From positions 928,001-992,000 of the forward strand of contig CAWBOS010000010.1 of assembly GCA_963790475.1 (NCBI GenBank): 64,000 nt of DNA, written 5' to 3'. The notes below the pieces were generated by a model that did not search any database, was not told the DNA's origin, and worked only from the letters and a program-made list of their open reading frames with translations. Positions 59,218-64,000 of the stretch are shown piece by piece. This DNA is from an uncultured delta proteobacterium (GTDB lineage: Bacteria; Desulfobacterota; RBG-13-43-22). Made by a program: the position numbers and the translations under genes. Position 1 is the first letter of the stretch. Each line of letters begins with the position of its first letter.

Positions 59218-60999
59218 TTGACTGAAACCAAACCGATTGGGCAACGGACCCATGACTGCGGGACTCTGACTGCCCGGGATATCGGCCAAGAAGTGACCTT
59301 GGCCGGATGGGTGGATACCCGCCGCGACCACGGGGGGCTTATCTTTATCGACCTCCGCGACCGGGCCGGCATCACCCAGGTGGTATTCAACCCGGAAATC
59401 AACGACGCCGTCCATCAGCAGGCCCATCAACTGCGCAGTGAATATTGCATCACCATTCAAGGGAAAGTACGTTCCCGCCCTGAAGGCATGGCCAACCCCA
59501 ATCTGAAAACAGGGGAAATCGAGGTCATGGTTAACTCCTATCAATTACTTAATACCTCCAAGACCCCTCCCTTTACCCTGGAGGACACGGCCGAAGTCTC
59601 CGAGGCCGTGCGTTTGCGTTACCGCTACCTGGACCTGCGCCGTCCGAACCTGCAAAAAAATTTCTTTAGGCGTCACCAGGTGATCCGGTTCATCCGCAAT
59701 TTCCTTGATCAAAAGGGATTCTATGATGTGGAAACTCCCTTTCTGACGAAAAGCACCCCGGAAGGGGCACGGGACTATCTGGTCCCCAGCCGGGTACAGC
59801 AAGGTAAGTTCTTCGCTTTACCCCAGTCGCCTCAACTTTTCAAACAACTCCTAATGGTGGCCGGTTTCGATCGTTATTACCAGATAGTCCGTTGTTTCCG
59901 GGATGAAGACCTGCGTGCCGATCGTCAGCCGGAGTTCACCCAGTTGGACATGGAAATGTCCTTTATTTATGAAGATGACATTTACGTTTTAATTGAAGAT
60001 CTTATCTGTAATTTATTCAAGGAAATTCTTGGAATTGAAATCTCCCGGCCCATCCGCCGCCTGACCTATGAAGAGGCCCTGAGCCGCTATGGAACCGACC
60101 GTCCGGACCTGAGGTTCGGGTTGGAAATAACAGACCTGACCCCCCTGGTCAAGGATTCCGAGGTCAAGGTCTTTGTCGAAATCGCCCAAAAGGGGGGTTG
60201 CATCAAGGCCATTTGCGTTCCGGGAGGGGCCTCATTTTCCCGTAAGGAACTGGACGATCTGACCGCCCTGGCCCAAAGTTGGGGAGCCAAAGGTCTGGCC
60301 TGGGCCAAGATTAATCCCGAGGGATGGCAATCTCCGCTGGCCAAATTCTTTAAAGAAGAAGAACGAAGCACCATAGATCGGACCCTTGACGCCCATCCTG
60401 GAGACTTGATCCTCTTTCAGGCCGATGTCCCTTCAGTGGTCCATGAAGTATTGGGGAAAATCCGCCTTCATCTCGGCCAGAGGCTTGCCCTAGCCCAAGA
60501 CCGGTTCGAATTTACCTGGGTTACCCAATTCCCACTTTTGGAATACCGGGTGGAAGAGGGCCGTTACGGAGCGGTTCATCATCCCTTTACCGCCCCTTTG
60601 GAGGAGGACCTCCCTATCCTGGAATCCCGGCCGGAGAAGGTCCGTTCCCGGGCCTACGACCTGGTCCTGAATGGAAATGAAATCGGCGGCGGCAGTATCC
60701 GTATTCACCAACGGGCTTTGCAGGAGCGGATATTCAGCGTTTTGAAAATTTCTCCGGAAGAAGCCGAGGAAAAATTCGGTTTTCTTTTAGAGGCCCTGGA
60801 GATGGGTGCCCCGCCCCACGGCGGGATCGCCTTCGGAATGGACCGACTTGTCATGCTCATGACCGGAGCCCAATCCTTGAGGGAGGTCATCGCCTTTCCC
60901 AAGACCCAAAAGGCGGTCTGCCCCTTGACCAATGCCCCCACCAGTGTCAGCAGGGTTCAATTGAATGAACTAGGGTTGAGGTTGGATATAAAGAAATGA
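59218..60999 (+). CDS. aspS: Aspartyl-tRNA synthetase
   Basis: RDHGGLIFIDLRD, STPEGARDY, ALPQSPQLFKQ, GAPPHGG; TTG start after SD AAGGAG. Confidence 0.97.
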   Translation: MTETKPIGQRTHDCGTLTARDIGQEVTLAGWVDTRRDHGGLIFIDLRDRAGITQVVFNPEINDAVHQQAHQLRSEYCITIQGKVRSRPEGMANPNLKTGEIEVMVNSYQLLNTSKTPPFTLEDTAEVSEAVRLRYRYLDLRRPNLQKNFFRRHQVIRFIRNFLDQKGFYDVETPFLTKSTPEGARDYLVPSRVQQGKFFALPQSPQLFKQLLMVAGFDRYYQIVRCFRDEDLRADRQPEFTQLDMEMSFIYEDDIYVLIEDLICNLFKEILGIEISRPIRRLTYEEALSRYGTDRPDLRFGLEITDLTPLVKDSEVKVFVEIAQKGGCIKAICVPGGASFSRKELDDLTALAQSWGAKGLAWAKINPEGWQSPLAKFFKEEERSTIDRTLDAHPGDLILFQADVPSVVHEVLGKIRLHLGQRLALAQDRFEFTWVTQFPLLEYRVEEGRYGAVHHPFTAPLEEDLPILESRPEKVRSRAYDLVLNGNEIGGGSIRIHQRALQERIFSVLKISPEEAEEKFGFLLEALEMGAPPHGGIAFGMDRLVMLMTGAQSLREVIAFPKTQKAVCPLTNAPTSVSRVQLNELGLRLDIKK

Positions 61000-61003
61000 A
61001 AAG

Positions 61004-61089
61004 AACGTTCGGCGTTCATCGTTCGTCGAAAAAGGAAAAATAATTTAGGTTTTATAATCGACGAACGACGAACGCTCAACGCTGAACGG
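61004..61089. repeat. Inverted heptamer repeats (NNcgttc / gaacgNN)
   Basis: aacgttc ggcgttc atcgttc ... gacgaac gacgaac gctcaac gctgaac. Confidence 0.8.
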
Positions 61090-61112
61090 TATGACGATAC
61101 GGAGGTACACCA

Positions 61113-62943
61113 ATGGCCCGCTGGAACCCCAATAAGAAAGTCCTTGATCATGAGCATAGCCGCTTTTGGGACTATGAATTAAAAGATATCCCCGAACCCA
61201 ACCTGCAACGGGATATCTTTCCTTATGATGAGATCACCCGTATTGATTTTGATCACAAAATTATGCCTATTGACCCCAGCGAAGAATTCTGGATCACCGA
61301 CACCACCTTCAGGGACGGCCAGCAGGCCCGTCCCCCCTATACCCTGGACCAAATTCTGCATATCTTTGATTTTCTCCACCGCATGGGCGGCCCTTATGGG
61401 GTCATCCGCCAGACTGAATTCTTCCTCTACAGTGCAAGAGATAAAGAAGCGGTGCGTAAGTGTCAGGAAAAGGGTTATCCCTATCCGGAAATTACCGGCT
61501 GGATCCGGGCCCATCCCGAAGACCTGAAACTGGTGAAGGAGATGGGACTCCCGGAAACCGGAATACTCACCTCGGTTTCCGATTACCACATTTTTTACAA
61601 GTTGAATTTAACCAGGTCTCAGGCCTTTAATCAATACCTCTCCATTGTGCGGAGAGGCCCTGGATCTGGGTATTGTCCCCCGCTGCCATTTTGAAGACAT
61701 CACCAAGGCCGACATCTACGGCTTCTGTGTCCCTTTAGCCAAGGAACTGATGAAACTGAGGGAGTCTTCGGGGATCGACATCAAGATCCGCCTCTGTGAT
61801 ACCCTGGGGTACGGGGTCACTTACCCCGGCGCGGCACTGCCCCGCAGTGTGCCCAAGTTGGTCCGGGCCATGATCGATGATGCCGGAGTCCCGGGCCGTC
61901 TCCTGGAATGGCACGGCCATAATGACTTTCACAAAGGATTCATCAACGCCACCACCTCCTGGCTTTACGGCTGCGCTGCCGTAAACGGCGCCCTGCTTGG
62001 CTTCGGGGAACGGACCGGAAATACGCCGGTGGAGGGTCTGCTCATCGAATATATCAGCCTTATCGGTCAGGATAACGGAATCGACACCCAAGCCATTACC
62101 GAAATGGCTGAATATATCGAGAGGGAACTCCATTATGCCATTCCGGCTAATTTCCCCTTTGTCGGGGCGGACTTCAATGCCACCAGCGCCGGAATCCATG
62201 TCGACGGTCTGATCAAGAATGAAGAAATCTACAATATTTTTGACACCCAAAAAATTCTGGGCCGTCCGATCAGCATCATCATCACTGATAAATCAGGCCT
62301 GGCTGGTGTCGTCCACTGGTTGAATAAAAGGCTAAACCTTGTCGGCCCGCGTGCCGTGGATAAACAACACCCCGGGGTGATCAAAATCTACAAATGGGTC
62401 ATGAAACAGTACGAAGAAGGCCGGACCACTTCCATCTCCGCCCAGGAAATGGAACGGATCAGCCGAAAGAACCTGCCGGAGTATTTTGTCTCGGAATTCG
62501 ACGAACTGAAACAAAAGGCCTATCATCTGGCCTTTCATATTGTCGAAGAAATCCTCCAAAGGGAAGAGATATGCAGCATGAACCCGGTCCTTCAGGAACC
62601 GGTCATGGAGAACTTCATTGAACTCAATCCCTTTATTCAATTCATTTACATCACCAATATGGAAGGGAAAAAGATCACTAAAAACATCACCCGTATTGTA
62701 GACCGGTCCAAATACCAGGTCTTTAAATTGGATGAAGACTTCTCCGACCGATCCTGGTTTGCCCAGCCTATCAAAGACGGGAAGATTCATGTTACCGACT
62801 TTTACACCTCTAAAATCACTGGTGCCCTGTGCATCACCGTCTCCGGACCGATTCGAAATCAGGAAGATGAGATCCAGGGAGTTCTGGGTCTGGACATCAA
62901 ATTTGAGGATCTGGCCAAGATGGATCAGGACGGCGAATTGTAG
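61113..62943 (+). CDS. DRE-TIM enzyme, probable Re-citrate synthase, with a C-terminal Cache-like domain; +1 frameshift near 61653
   Basis: DTTFRDGQQ, SDYHIF, RCHFEDIT, EWHGHNDF, GERTGN; tail DFSDRSWF..P...YTSKITGALCITVS.PI. Confidence 0.78.
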
Positions 62944-63056
62944 ATCATTTCCTCCCTGTACCTTTGGGCTTGACAAAATTTTTTATAATTATTAGATATT
63001 CTGTAACGTTTGAGCATTTACACCAAATAAATTCCTAGCGAAGAAGGAGGAGTATT

Positions 63057-63269
63057 GTGGCAGAGATTTTAGCACCTATGGCCGGCAAGGTTATCGAAAT
63101 TAAAGTGAATGTGGGCGATTCGGTTCACGAAGACGATGAAGTGGCTGTTATTGAGGCCATGAAAATGGAAATGCCGATCCTGTCTTATTCGGATGGAACG
63201 GTGAAAGAGATCAAAATAGCCAAAGGCGATTCTGTTGAGGCTGACCAGGTCTTGATGATTGTTGGGTAA
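63057..63269 (+). CDS. Biotin carboxyl carrier protein
   Basis: APMAGKV, EAMKME. Confidence 0.93.
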   Translation: MAEILAPMAGKVIEIKVNVGDSVHEDDEVAVIEAMKMEMPILSYSDGTVKEIKIAKGDSVEADQVLMIVG

Positions 63270-63270
63270 G

Positions 63271-63370
63271 AATAGTTCCGGGGCTATAGGCCATAAGCCA
63301 AAGGGTATCGCAGAAAAGAAGTTTTCATTCTTTTATTTCCTATTACCGCTGCTTATCGTCTATAGCCTGT
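63271..63370. repeat. Degenerate inverted heptamer repeats
   Basis: ctatagg ccataag ccaaagg ... cctatta, cttatcg tctatag. Confidence 0.55.
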
Positions 63371-63495
63371 TTTCATTGAACCCTAATTGGGTCTGTATTT
63401 TTCAGGCCCCTTTGCTGGATTATAAAACATTCTATGTGATTTCGACGAATGCCGATCGATTAACGCCGAACGGTATTTCGTATTAAGGGCACCCC

Positions 63496-64000
63496 ATGAC
63501 CAACGAAGACCGGATAAAGGAATTAATGGCCCTGAACGCCCAGGCTGAATTGGGCGGCGGCCAGGATAAGATCGACAGTCAGCATAAGAAAGGCAAACTG
63601 ACCGCCAGGGAACGAATCGATTATCTTTTAGATCAAGGCACCTTTGAGGAACTGGATAAATTTGTGGTCCATCGCTGTTATGATTTCGGCATGGAAAAAC
63701 AAAAGATTTTCGGCGATGGCGTAGTAACCGGGTATGGTCAGATCAACGGACGTCTGGTCTACGTCTTTTCCCAGGATTTTACCGTCTTCGGCGGAAGCCT
63801 TAGCGGTCCTTTTGGGGAAAAAATTTGCAAGATAATGGATATGGCCTTACAAAACGGAGCACCCGTCATCGGGCTGAATGATTCCGGAGGAGCACGGATC
63901 CAGGAAGGGGTAAACAGCCTGGGGGCCTATGGTGAAATCTTCAAGCGAAACGTTAGAAGCTCCGGCGTTATCCCTCAAATTTCGGCCATCATGGGGCCAT
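63496..64000 (+). CDS. Acyl-CoA carboxyltransferase subunit (PccB/MmdA-like), runs off the window
   Basis: Absent from the ORF track; MTNEDRI...[45 protein letters not shown]. Confidence 0.93.
   Translation, partial: MTNEDRIKELMALNAQAELGGGQDKIDSQHKKGKLTARERIDYLLDQGTFEELDKFVVHRCYDFGMEKQKIFGDGVVTGYGQINGRLVYVFSQDFTVFGGSLSGPFGEKICKIMDMALQNGAPVIGLNDSGGARIQEGVNSLGAYGEIFKRNVRSSGVIPQISAIMGP

Noticed and set aside
12044-63370. Tandem repeat patches as CRISPR arrays
   Set aside because: Units are 7-8 bp and degenerate, with no unique spacers and no cas genes

Overview
Chromosomal segment of an anaerobic bacterium, most likely Desulfobacterota/deltaproteobacterial (inferred from gene content). The backbone carries an acid phosphatase, an aldehyde:ferredoxin oxidoreductase, znuABC-like genes, tRNA-Gly and tRNA-Cys, coaBC, a uracil-DNA glycosylase, nfeD-SPFH, larA, mdh, a TatT-type TRAP transporter, ttcA, rlmH, thrC, pncB, uvrB, rmuC, cobB, hisS, aspS, a probable Re-citrate synthase and biotin-carboxylase subunits. 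Main points: (1) A ~16.7-kb island is bounded by a direct repeat of the larA 3' end. It holds two selenoprotein candidates broken up by the ORF track: a MerB-like lyase with UGA at both catalytic-Cys positions, each followed by a SECIS-like hairpin, and a C-GCAxxG-C-C redox protein. The island also encodes FixABCX/ETF, an OYE flavoenzyme, CCG Fe-S proteins and two DUF169 proteins. (2) A lexA - inactive RadA-like - arCOG07300-like cassette resembles PolB2 accessory genes but lacks the polymerase, and has a perfect palindromic operator candidate. (3) A dif site lies at 42208, with KOPS polarity flipping around it. (4) IS1634, two IS200 copies and a 142-bp MITE are present. (5) About a dozen 7/8-mer tandem-repeat patches occur, two of them apparently translated. 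Three single-base frameshifts may be assembly errors. All family calls come from motif recognition, not database searches.
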